Shown one piece after another: positions 1 through 8,048 of a stretch of DNA of 32,000 nucleotides. Source of the stretch: Candidatus Heimdallarchaeota archaeon (GTDB lineage: Archaea > Asgardarchaeota > Heimdallarchaeia > Heimdallarchaeales > Kariarchaeaceae); assembly GCA_030149205.1 (NCBI GenBank), contig JASBSB010000001.1, positions 840,001 to 872,000 on the forward strand, in the 5' to 3' direction. Under the pieces are notes generated by a model. The model was not told the DNA's origin. It did no database searches and worked only from the letters and a program-made list of their open reading frames with translations. The position numbers were made by a program, and so were the translations under genes. The first letter of the stretch is position 1. Each line of letters begins with the position of its first letter.

Positions 1-366
1 TACTAAAGCAATGATTGATTATATACCGCCAAGGACGGGCCAAATTGATCTATCTGGTCTTATACCTTCTAATTAGCTAATTACCTTGTCCTCTAATTTA
101 CTTCCAAAGCTATATAGAACACACTTGAACCAATTCTTACCTCAAAGTACCTCCAATAACCGGAAATACCAGATCAATTCATTTGTTTCAGAACTCGGAA
201 AAATTAACCTTTCAATTGCAAGTTTGAATGGTGAATGGGAAATGTTATGAAAATAGAAAGAAATAAGGCTTAGATCATTAGGTGTAAACAAAATTTAAAT
301 TTAAACTACAATAATAAATATTGTGCGTTTCGTTTTGATGGATAATGGGGGAAGGAGGTAGAATGC

Positions 367-1224
367 TTGACAGAACCCTATCCTTTTAATTTAAATGGTG
401 TTGATTTTGTCAGTTTGTTTGCCTTCCCAGCTGCAATACTTGCCATAGCTCTAAGTTGGTTCCTCTACAGGAAAAGAATTATTGTATATGAAGTTTTTCA
501 AGAGTTAAATAACTCCCTCACGGATAAATTTATTCAGGATTTTTCTGGGGTAAGTTTGTTTGAGCGTATTGCCGCGATCACTAATGGAAAATCTCGGTTG
601 GCGGAGTTATATATTGCTAAGTTCCTAAAAATGGGTCTAATTTCTCCTGATAGCCAGGGTAAGTTTAAGGTATTAATGCAACCAGATCCAGATATTCTCA
701 ATTATAGAGAGTTACAATTTCTTGCAGAGCTATCTTCTGCACCGTTTCAACTTGCCACCTCAGTGTTAAACTTTCAAATAAAAGAGATAAATGCAACACT
801 GGTAAGAGATGGAGTGTTAACAAACATAAGTACTGAAAAGGAAACTCTATTAATAACTTCACCAATGGCTATAATTCTAATTCTATCAACTATACAATTA
901 TTCATTTCATTAGCTCTAACAAAGCCAATTGGTCTTTTAACATTATTCCTTTTTGCTTATGCTTTTTGCTTTATTGGTGCAATGTTTTATGTCGGTAATG
1001 AATTCTCACCAAAGCCTAGATTTTTGACCAAAGAGGGTATTGAATGGTATAATTCTTTGAAAAAGGATATCATTCATGTTAAATTTGCCCTGATAAAAAA
1101 TTACACAAAATTAACTGATGAAGAATTTTATCTAGGGGTGGCATTTTTTGGAATTGAAAAAATTGAAAAAGAACCATTTCAATCTGCGCATGTTGCTATG
1201 ATTTATACCCCCTCAATTTCTTAG
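367..1224 (+). CDS. TIGR04222-like integral membrane protein
   Basis: 285-aa ORF with TTG start about 7 nt after AGGAGGT. N-terminal PFNLNGVDFVSLF plus TM, then RIAAITNGKSRLAELYIAKFLKMGLI, a TM hairpin, RFLTKEG and GVAFFG. This follows the TIGR04222 pattern as I recall it. Confidence 0.65.
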   Translation: MTEPYPFNLNGVDFVSLFAFPAAILAIALSWFLYRKRIIVYEVFQELNNSLTDKFIQDFSGVSLFERIAAITNGKSRLAELYIAKFLKMGLISPDSQGKFKVLMQPDPDILNYRELQFLAELSSAPFQLATSVLNFQIKEINATLVRDGVLTNISTEKETLLITSPMAIILILSTIQLFISLALTKPIGLLTLFLFAYAFCFIGAMFYVGNEFSPKPRFLTKEGIEWYNSLKKDIIHVKFALIKNYTKLTDEEFYLGVAFFGIEKIEKEPFQSAHVAMIYTPSIS

Positions 1225-1401
1225 GTTTATATAATGTGGACACAGTAGGTTAACTATACCTCTAGAAAATCAACATTGCTAAATATTTTAGTATTTTTAC
1301 AAAAAAGAAACTTTGAATTTTAGGAGTAACTCTTAAAAATGGTTGTAAGTGTTAATTTTTTTATTACCAAGTGGTTTTATGTCATTTTTCCATACGGTTT
1401 C

Positions 1402-1415
1402 TGTCAACTTTGACA
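1402..1415. promoter_or_regulatory. Inverted repeat TGTCAA-CT-TTGACA, candidate operator
   Basis: Perfect 6-2-6 inverted repeat directly upstream of the 1417/1426 start codons. Confidence 0.3.
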
Positions 1416-1416
1416 A

Positions 1417-2442
1417 GTGAAACTTATGATTAAAGTACAAAAATTGATACTAAGTCTAATCCTAGTATTTAGTATCATAGGAAGCTCAAACCAGATTGTG
1501 GCTACGAGTGTTTCTCCTCTGATACCTCCTATCTCTGTTAACGTGAGTGCAACAGCAGACAGTGTAAATCAATCCATTTGGATGTTACCAGGTCCAAGAT
1601 CATTGGATCCAAGCATTTTTGGAACACCAGCCAATCCTTTGAAAACTAATTGGTTACCCGTCTCGATGCGTAATAAAACCACAGATGGAAGTGCCTTTAC
1701 CACAACATCTGATGTTACTCCTTTTTCAAACAAAACTAAGCAGATAACCGGTTCATTGATTCTTAATGTAACTGATAAAACAAAATATGACACCCCAGTA
1801 TCAGAAGATACTGCAAATGTACGAGCGAATTTTACAGACCCGTCAGGTAAAACTAATTATTTTGTTCAGCTCCAGAAACTGATACCTGTTGGACCTGATC
1901 ACCCATTCTTTGGTGGAGTAGGAATAAACACCTATATGCATGGAGCAACAGAGATTGGCACTCCACTTATGCCAGGTGCAATTTCTTTCGTGACACTCTG
2001 GGGATTTGGTGATTTCTATGTAAATGGAAGCTTGGTTGACACCCATAGATTGATACATGTGATGGTTTCTGAAAGAGTCAGGACAAATGACTTTAAGTTG
2101 GGATTTGGTGTTCAAGATCACAAATCCTTAGAAATCCATTTTATAATGCCCAACACAAAGGTCAATTCCTCAGGGCCATTCACAAGCCCCTTACCCACAA
2201 AATTTATCTTACCTAATGGTGTTGAACAACCGTTTATACATGTAAACTTCTATAATTTAATTGTTAGTAGGTCTGAACCGACCAAGACCATTACAACCAC
2301 ACAGTCCACAACAAGTTCAGTCACTACAACAGTTCAAAAAACTATAACTCAAACAACACCTGGATTTAGCTATCTGATAGGATTTATTTCAGTTATTATT
2401 GTTGTATTTCTTTACAAAAAAATTAGAAAAGTAAGTTTGTAA
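1417..2442 (+). CDS. Secreted His-containing protein with Thr-rich linker and PGF-CTERM-like anchor
   Basis: Signal peptide (ATG at 1426 is a plausible start). Globular domain with DHPFFGGV, MHGATEIGTPLMP, LWGFGD, HVMVSE and FIHVNF. Then a Thr/Ser-rich linker and TPGF-hydrophobic helix-KKIRK. Confidence 0.85.
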   Translation: MKLMIKVQKLILSLILVFSIIGSSNQIVATSVSPLIPPISVNVSATADSVNQSIWMLPGPRSLDPSIFGTPANPLKTNWLPVSMRNKTTDGSAFTTTSDVTPFSNKTKQITGSLILNVTDKTKYDTPVSEDTANVRANFTDPSGKTNYFVQLQKLIPVGPDHPFFGGVGINTYMHGATEIGTPLMPGAISFVTLWGFGDFYVNGSLVDTHRLIHVMVSERVRTNDFKLGFGVQDHKSLEIHFIMPNTKVNSSGPFTSPLPTKFILPNGVEQPFIHVNFYNLIVSRSEPTKTITTTQSTTSSVTTTVQKTITQTTPGFSYLIGFISVIIVVFLYKKIRKVSL

Positions 2443-2514
2443 AACCATAATTTATTTTTAGTTGAAATTTTGATTTAGCTATATAATTTACTTTGCTTTA
2501 GAAGCAGTCATATT

Positions 2515-3264
2515 CTAAGGAAATAACTCATTCTCATTAACTGCCTTCAGATATCTCCTCTGGTTTAACTGATACAATTTTCTCCCAGTAAGAACTATGA
2601 CCACCAGTAGTACCAGTAACAGAAAACCCAACCATGGGGGAAAGGGCACACTTTGCGAACTCCCACTATTAACACTCTCAAGAACCAATCTTTGGTAGTC
2701 AGAGTAGGTTCTACCATTGAGTATCACTGAAATATTTTCAACATACTCTCTTAGTAACCCGACATTGTAAAAGTCATAGGTTCTTTCATATGTGGTATTT
2801 GTAAACTTGGAGGTCTCTTTAATTGTATAGCCAATTCCTATGGTGCTAGGTGATACGTTAAAGAAGTGAATGGGGGTTGATTCGACCTTGGTTTGCCAAT
2901 AAGACCAGTTGGCTTCAATTATGAAAGTTGGAAACAACCAACTTCTTAAGATCTTAGGGTCCTGATTCACCTGATAAGTATAAACAAATCTGCCTAAGTG
3001 AGATTGAGCAGTCAAAGTACTGGGTCTAAAGTATGAAACATTGTATTTCAGTCGATTATCCAATGTATATCCTGTGAAATTAACCTGTAGCCGGTCCCCA
3101 GTTTGAACTCTATCACATCTTGTACAGGTGGTGGATTGGTTTAGTTCATAATTCCCTGTTGCATTGTAAATAGCTGTATCAAATTGTTGAATGGTTGTTG
3201 AATTAACATAAAGGTTAGGATGAAATAAAATTATATGTAATAGAGGAACCAAAACCTTCATCAA
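2515..3264 (-). CDS. Secreted, C-terminally anchored CxxC surface protein (paralog of 4217-5023)
   Basis: Signal peptide, CTRC, about nine N-x-S/T sequons, C-terminal TM with basic tail. Shares motifs with 4217-5023. Confidence 0.85.
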   Translation of the reverse strand: MMKVLVPLLHIILFHPNLYVNSTTIQQFDTAIYNATGNYELNQSTTCTRCDRVQTGDRLQVNFTGYTLDNRLKYNVSYFRPSTLTAQSHLGRFVYTYQVNQDPKILRSWLFPTFIIEANWSYWQTKVESTPIHFFNVSPSTIGIGYTIKETSKFTNTTYERTYDFYNVGLLREYVENISVILNGRTYSDYQRLVLESVNSGSSQSVPFPPWLGFLLLVLLVVIVLTGRKLYQLNQRRYLKAVNENELFP

Positions 3265-3438
3265 AAAAAAGTAATAACTGAAAATAAAAAGTTATTCTAA
3301 CAAAAGGTAAATTTTAGTATCATCGAGTTACATTGATCCTAAGGCATTAATCAAAGTAAAGACCACAAGGTATTTGTAAGCAGATTTAGTAAGACATCTT
3401 ACTCTTACCTACCTTATTTTTTTTTGACCAACGAAGTT

Positions 3439-3841
3439 TCAAAAACCAATAGTCTTTTGTAAAAATGATGGAAAGAGTATATTGATATATTCATCTGTGA
3501 GCTCAATAGTTTTTGATTTGCCAATTTTACTGAGGCTAATCAGCCCGATCTGCTTCATCAGTTTTATGTGATATGTTAATGTACCACTCTATATCAAATA
3601 CTGAGGCAATTTCACAAATACTGGATTTTTGCTGCTGTACTAAGAAGGACAGAATTTTCAATCTCGTTTGATTTCCAAGAACTTTGAATACCTCAGCATA
3701 AAATTCTATACTGTTTTCATCAATACTTCTCAATCTGTCTGCGATTTTGTCCTTGCACTGCTCAAATGATGTACAGTGACATATTTGTAATGCTCTTGCC
3801 TCTTGATATGCATCTATTAAAGTCTCAGAGGAATTATGCAC
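3439..3841 (-). pseudogene. ArsR/SmtB-family transcriptional regulator, frameshifted at about 3588
   Basis: The supplied ORF encodes FKVLGNQTRLKILSFL..SICEIASVFDI. A second frame starting at 3588 continues SGTLTYHIKLMKQIGLISLSKIGKSKTIELTDEY to TGA at 3439-3441, giving the recognition helix and wing. Total span is 403 nt (134 codons plus 1). Confidence 0.85.
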
Positions 3842-3854
3842 AAATAATCCATAT

Positions 3855-4199
3855 GTGTTTTACCTAAATCCAATATGGACATTGATGTTTATACTTCAAA
3901 TCCTTCTTCTGTACGTAACAGTATCGATCAAGGATAAGAATGCCTCTAAATTGGAGCTAACCACATACACCAAGTTTATCTTCGATATTTTTACACTGGC
4001 TATCTTGAATTTTGTCTTTTCACTCCCTATCACCCTAAATCCAGAGATCACTGTATCCACAATTCAATTTGTTATAGTTTCACTAGTGGTGGCATACATC
4101 TATTTCCTAAAGAATTTTGCGGAACTAAGTGTGTTAGCAGAAGATTCAGTTGATACCACAACTGTGGAGACAGGTGAACCCATAATGAGTGGGATATAA
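3855..4199 (+). CDS. Small hypothetical membrane protein (about 3 TM)
   Basis: 114-aa ORF with three hydrophobic segments and an acidic tail. Start uncertain (GTG 3855 or a later ATG). Confidence 0.65.
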   Translation: MFYLNPIWTLMFILQILLLYVTVSIKDKNASKLELTTYTKFIFDIFTLAILNFVFSLPITLNPEITVSTIQFVIVSLVVAYIYFLKNFAELSVLAEDSVDTTTVETGEPIMSGI

Positions 4200-4216
4200 G
4201 AAAGACCACCTGGATT

Positions 4217-5023
4217 TCACCATATATGCTCCGGATAAAGATCCTCTTTGGAAAAACTGGAATCGACCATTTTTCTCTTGTTTATCCTTCTTTGTCTTAT
4301 GACAAAAAAGTCAAGCAAAAGCACTAAAGGGAGCAAAATAGCAAGTAAATTCAGTATCAACCCGGAGTTGTCTTGGTTGGGATATGAGACCCCGTATAGC
4401 CTCATCCCTCTATGCTCCAACGAAAGTACACCAGAATTGACCCTGGTTACATCAATGGAGTATTTGATGAGAAGACCTGAGAAATCATAGGTATTTAGCT
4501 TTACATAAGTTGCATTGTTTATAATCGTTGTTCGGTTAATTGTGACTGTCTCTAGTGTGCTGTTAACATTGACTGAAAATGATGAATTTATGCCTGATAA
4601 CTGTTTAGCCCTCCAAAATTCCCAGTTGTTCCAAACTATAAATGTTGGGAATACTACTCCTTCTAACTCTTTGGTGTTTTGGTTGGTTTCTGTGTTATAT
4701 AAGAGCTGACCCCGGTTATTTTGGTTCACAACTGTCTGAGCTGGGTTTCTGGGTGGGGGGACTGTCGCATAATCAATCGGGAGGTAAACAGACAGGTTGA
4801 GGGAGTAGCTTTGATTTTCGTTGTAAACCACATGATTGATTAATAGAGTATCGTTCGCCTCCAACCGGTAACACCCAGTACAGCTGTTTGGAATCATGTA
4901 TGGAAACTGCCCCTCCACTATGTAAGATAATTCAGAAAAAGAACCAGAGTAGCTCGCTGAGATCGGAAGCAGAGGGAAAAGGATTAGCGTTATCAGTGCC
5001 CATGGGTATGTCTTAGGCATCAA
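4217..5023 (-). CDS. Secreted, C-terminally anchored CxxC surface protein (paralog of 2515-3264)
   Basis: Signal peptide, CTGC, FPTFIVWNNWEFW, about seven sequons, C-terminal TM followed by RQRRINKRK. Confidence 0.85.
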   Translation of the reverse strand: MMPKTYPWALITLILFPLLPISASYSGSFSELSYIVEGQFPYMIPNSCTGCYRLEANDTLLINHVVYNENQSYSLNLSVYLPIDYATVPPPRNPAQTVVNQNNRGQLLYNTETNQNTKELEGVVFPTFIVWNNWEFWRAKQLSGINSSFSVNVNSTLETVTINRTTIINNATYVKLNTYDFSGLLIKYSIDVTRVNSGVLSLEHRGMRLYGVSYPNQDNSGLILNLLAILLPLVLLLDFFVIRQRRINKRKMVDSSFSKEDLYPEHIW

Positions 5024-5207
5024 ACATACACTGCTTCAGCTTTATTTAAAGATTGACAATTAAAGTAAAAAATATTAACTTTTTTATGGGTCATTAATTC
5101 AGATTATATTCCATGATGCTTCTATTTGGGGATGGAACGCTGACAGGTAACCGGCAAAAAATAGGAAGTTGCAGTTTGTCAAAGATCCAAAGATGTTTTG
5201 ATGATTC

Positions 5208-5225
5208 CACTTCAATATTGAAGTG
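5208..5225. promoter_or_regulatory. Perfect 18-bp palindrome CACTTCAATATTGAAGTG, candidate operator
   Basis: Self-complementary 9+9 bp, located between the divergent starts at 5023 and about 5314. Confidence 0.4.
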
Positions 5226-5313
5226 CACAAATAAAATCCGAAGTTTTGAAATTCCGGTTAATTTTTATCTTAAAGCTAAATATATTATACTTTTGGGAAT
5301 TCAAGTATACATA

Positions 5314-6039
5314 GTGACAAGAAAAAAGATTCTAATTGGGGTTGGAATAATTATTCTCACCCTCATCACTGGAACTGTTGTTGGAGGTTTCATCTATTTA
5401 TCTATAGATCAGTATGGGCCAGACCAACAGGCAAAGGATGCTCTTAAAGGAAACCCTAAAGTCAGGGTTATAAATAAACAGGAGACAATCCTGTTCATAC
5501 CAATGGTTGCGAACAACCACACCTTCATATTTTATCCAGGTGGGAAGGTTGCTCCAGAGGCTTATGCACCGCTGGCTCTGGGAATTGCAGATGCAGGATA
5601 CAAAGTGATCATTCCACGTTTCTTCTACAACCTAGCTGTTTTTAACCCAAATGTTGCAGATAAATGGGTTAATTCGAGTAGGTTTATCCTTGGAGGTCAC
5701 TCTTTGGGTGGAGCAATGGCAGCAGATTATACTGGGACACACAATATCTCAGGATTAATTCTGTTGGCAGCATACCCCTCTAAGAACATCTCGCGAATTA
5801 TTACTCCAGTTCTCTCAATATATGGAAGCAATGACGGTATCGCCACCCCTGAAAAGATAAACAGAAGCCGTATAATGCTTCCCGATACTACAGTTTACAG
5901 GGAGATACTGGGGGGAAACCATGCACAGTTTGGGTCTTATGGGGCCCAAAAAGGTGATGGTAGGGGTGATATTAGCCCTCAGCAACAGCTAAATGAGACC
6001 CTGACATTCATGCTGAGATTTATGAGTTCAATTCCTTAA
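5314..6039 (+). CDS. Membrane-anchored alpha/beta hydrolase (Abhydrolase_5-like carboxylesterase)
   Basis: IFYPGG oxyanion region, GHSLGG nucleophile elbow, GSNDG (Asp) and GGNHAQFGSYG (His). N-terminal TM. GTG at 5314 is preferred over the ORF-track start at 5113 because an AT-rich TATA-like element lies about 30 nt upstream. Confidence 0.9.
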   Translation: MTRKKILIGVGIIILTLITGTVVGGFIYLSIDQYGPDQQAKDALKGNPKVRVINKQETILFIPMVANNHTFIFYPGGKVAPEAYAPLALGIADAGYKVIIPRFFYNLAVFNPNVADKWVNSSRFILGGHSLGGAMAADYTGTHNISGLILLAAYPSKNISRIITPVLSIYGSNDGIATPEKINRSRIMLPDTTVYREILGGNHAQFGSYGAQKGDGRGDISPQQQLNETLTFMLRFMSSIP

Positions 6040-6363
6040 AATTGAGTGGAACTATTCCTTTCAGTTCTTCCACAGAAGGAGTCCCAAGTTTTGGATAAAG
6101 ACAAAAACCACTGTGACTTGTGGTTTCATCTCCTTGTTCGATAGGATAGAACCTAGAGAGTTACCAGACAGAAGAGACCGTTCTTAAGCTTCATCAGGTT
6201 TAAGAGGGCTATTTTTGCCAAAATTAAGGTTTAAATGTCAATTAATTAAAAGTGACACACAAAATAAGAGCGAGACTATAAGTTATTAAATATTTGAATC
6301 ACTGATCCCAATTAACAGAGCCTCAACAGGGTGAAATTTTTCAAGTTTCACCATTTACCCCCT

Positions 6364-7821
6364 TTAATCGTATAGAAGCTTTCTTAATCCCTCAATTATT
6401 ACAACCATCGCCTCTGTGTCTTTCTTACAGTATTCAAGCAGATCTGGAACCCCCACATCTATAGAACTGGCAAGTTTTTCTCCAAGAGATTCAGGATGGA
6501 ACTCTTTGAGATAGGTAAAAGAGGCAAACTCACCCTCCTGAATACCTAACTCAGAGTAACCACTCTGATCAAAAACAGGGTACACATACTTCAGACTTGC
6601 ACTTCCACGCTGTGCAGGATGATAGAAAGAGAATCCACGAAAGACATCAAGAAGATCAACATACCTCTCTTCCAATGACTCAACCCAATCACTAAACTCT
6701 GGAAATGCTTCAGCTAACTCCTTTAACACACCTCTCTCAAATTTTGCATTGTAAACTATTACTGATCCCTTGTCACCAAGAACTCGACGAAGCTTGGAAA
6801 TGAAGGAATATCTGGGGTCGTTTGTGGACTGCTCAAGAAATTCCATATGCTCAATCTGATCTCCACGGTCCACATGAACAGACCATTGAAATGGCACCTT
6901 CTGATACACCTTTGTTGTATCAAACACTGGAATCGCTGTGGAGAAGGTCTCAAAATCCATGTAATAAAGTGGGTAAGTCAGTCCATTCAAAAATTCTTGA
7001 ATGTTGTCTATATCAAGCTGAAGTCCCTCTCTTGCTGCTTTAACCTGAATACACTGCTTGGCTGATAGCTTTGCTTCATCTGGAATGTCACTAAGAAGAA
7101 CAATTCCAGAATTATAAAATTGTTCTGACCTTCTTTTTGAGTCCCAGTACAGTTCAAACACATTCCCATCTGGTATCCCTTTCCAGCAGCTCTCATAGCT
7201 GACACACTCCTTCTCACAGTGTTTACCAATTGGAACATCTGGTGAGCTTGCCATCATGAAGAAATCATAAAACTTCTTCATCTCAGGCTCTGAATACAGA
7301 GGAAGGTAATCACTTACCTCCTCGATGAGAAAAAGAGGTTCCTCTCTTTCTGGGGTGTAGTCTTTGTTCAGGTACATCAGGCTGTATGAGTTAATGGGTA
7401 TACCATTTCCCTCTAACACAAACCTCTGAAAATCAATATCATCGAGATACTTCTGCTTATATTTTTCATACTGCTTGATGTTCTTCGAGCTCTTTACTTC
7501 AATCAGATCCCAGGAGTTCTCTCCATGTGGTACAAGTATATCACACCTCGCATAGAACCCCTTGTACTGAAAACCTGCCTCAAACAATGGAACCCTTTTT
7601 TTCAGAAGTTGCTGTGTCTCCTTAATGTTCTCATCCACAGAGAAAAGTGGAACGAGTACTCCCTCTGGAAACTGTTTTCTAGACTCATCAGTTATCAGCT
7701 TTCCTTGATATATACGAAACTGTCCAGAGTAGGTTGGAGAACCAGAGACTGTCTTCTCCTCCCACATCCTCTTTACGCATTTATTCCCTGTTAAAAAATC
7801 AGACTTGGTAAAATACCCCAT
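6364..7821 (-). CDS. DUF2779-family protein: Cas4/RecB-like PD-(D/E)XK domain plus RNase H-like (DnaQ-like) domain
   Basis: TKSDF..GNKC, EAGF, ARCDIL..WDLIEVKSS, HCEKEC.....C, then YMDFET, YNAKFE, SLKYV and YCKKDT. ATG at 7821 (ORF-track start 7830). Confidence 0.85.
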   Translation of the reverse strand: MGYFTKSDFLTGNKCVKRMWEEKTVSGSPTYSGQFRIYQGKLITDESRKQFPEGVLVPLFSVDENIKETQQLLKKRVPLFEAGFQYKGFYARCDILVPHGENSWDLIEVKSSKNIKQYEKYKQKYLDDIDFQRFVLEGNGIPINSYSLMYLNKDYTPEREEPLFLIEEVSDYLPLYSEPEMKKFYDFFMMASSPDVPIGKHCEKECVSYESCWKGIPDGNVFELYWDSKRRSEQFYNSGIVLLSDIPDEAKLSAKQCIQVKAAREGLQLDIDNIQEFLNGLTYPLYYMDFETFSTAIPVFDTTKVYQKVPFQWSVHVDRGDQIEHMEFLEQSTNDPRYSFISKLRRVLGDKGSVIVYNAKFERGVLKELAEAFPEFSDWVESLEERYVDLLDVFRGFSFYHPAQRGSASLKYVYPVFDQSGYSELGIQEGEFASFTYLKEFHPESLGEKLASSIDVGVPDLLEYCKKDTEAMVVIIEGLRKLLYD

Positions 7822-7872
7822 TAAATTCAAGTAACACTTAGGTTATTTAAATTTATAACACAATTAAATAGT

Positions 7873-8013
7873 TTAAAGTTTTCTTACCAGCAGATTTTTC
7901 TTTCCTCTTCGTGTGTATTTAAAACCAGTAATCACAATTAATCCAATAAATACTCCCTGAAGTGGATTAGTACGGGGAGGTGGAATAACGAAATATGGAA
8001 AGGATGTTGTTTT
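7873..8013 (-). pseudogene. Orphan coding remnant resembling a C-terminal membrane-anchor/sorting segment
   Basis: The stop-free minus frame reads KTTSFPYFVIPPPRTNPLQGVFIGLIVITGFKYTRRGKKNLLVRKL*. It is preceded by an in-frame TAG and has no start codon. Confidence 0.3.
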
Positions 8014-8048
8014 CTAAAGTTCAACCAAATATGCTGATTAGAGATATT

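Noticed and set aside
2-250. Plus frame 2 is open for 83 codons except one TAG at 74-76 (TKAMIDYIPP...SN*LITL...GEWEML*)
   Set aside because: It could be a gene end or pseudogene, but there is no recognisable motif and the window edge hides the context.
2515-5023. c-type cytochromes from CxxC motifs
   Set aside because: The motifs are CTRCD and CTGCY, lacking the His of CxxCH.
5113-5313. N-terminal extension of the hydrolase in the ORF track
   Set aside because: Not protein-like, and it contains the palindrome and a TATA-like element. GTG 5314 gives a normal TM-anchored N-terminus.
6020-6225. Protein-like minus-strand fragments (MKLKNGLFCLVTL / SRFYPIEQGD...LGTPSVEELKG)
   Set aside because: Needs a frameshift and I cannot assign it to any family, so it is unsupported without a search.
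6364-7821. CRISPR-Cas locus implied by the Cas4-like domain
   Set aside because: No repeat-spacer array or other cas genes in the window. The architecture fits stand-alone DUF2779.
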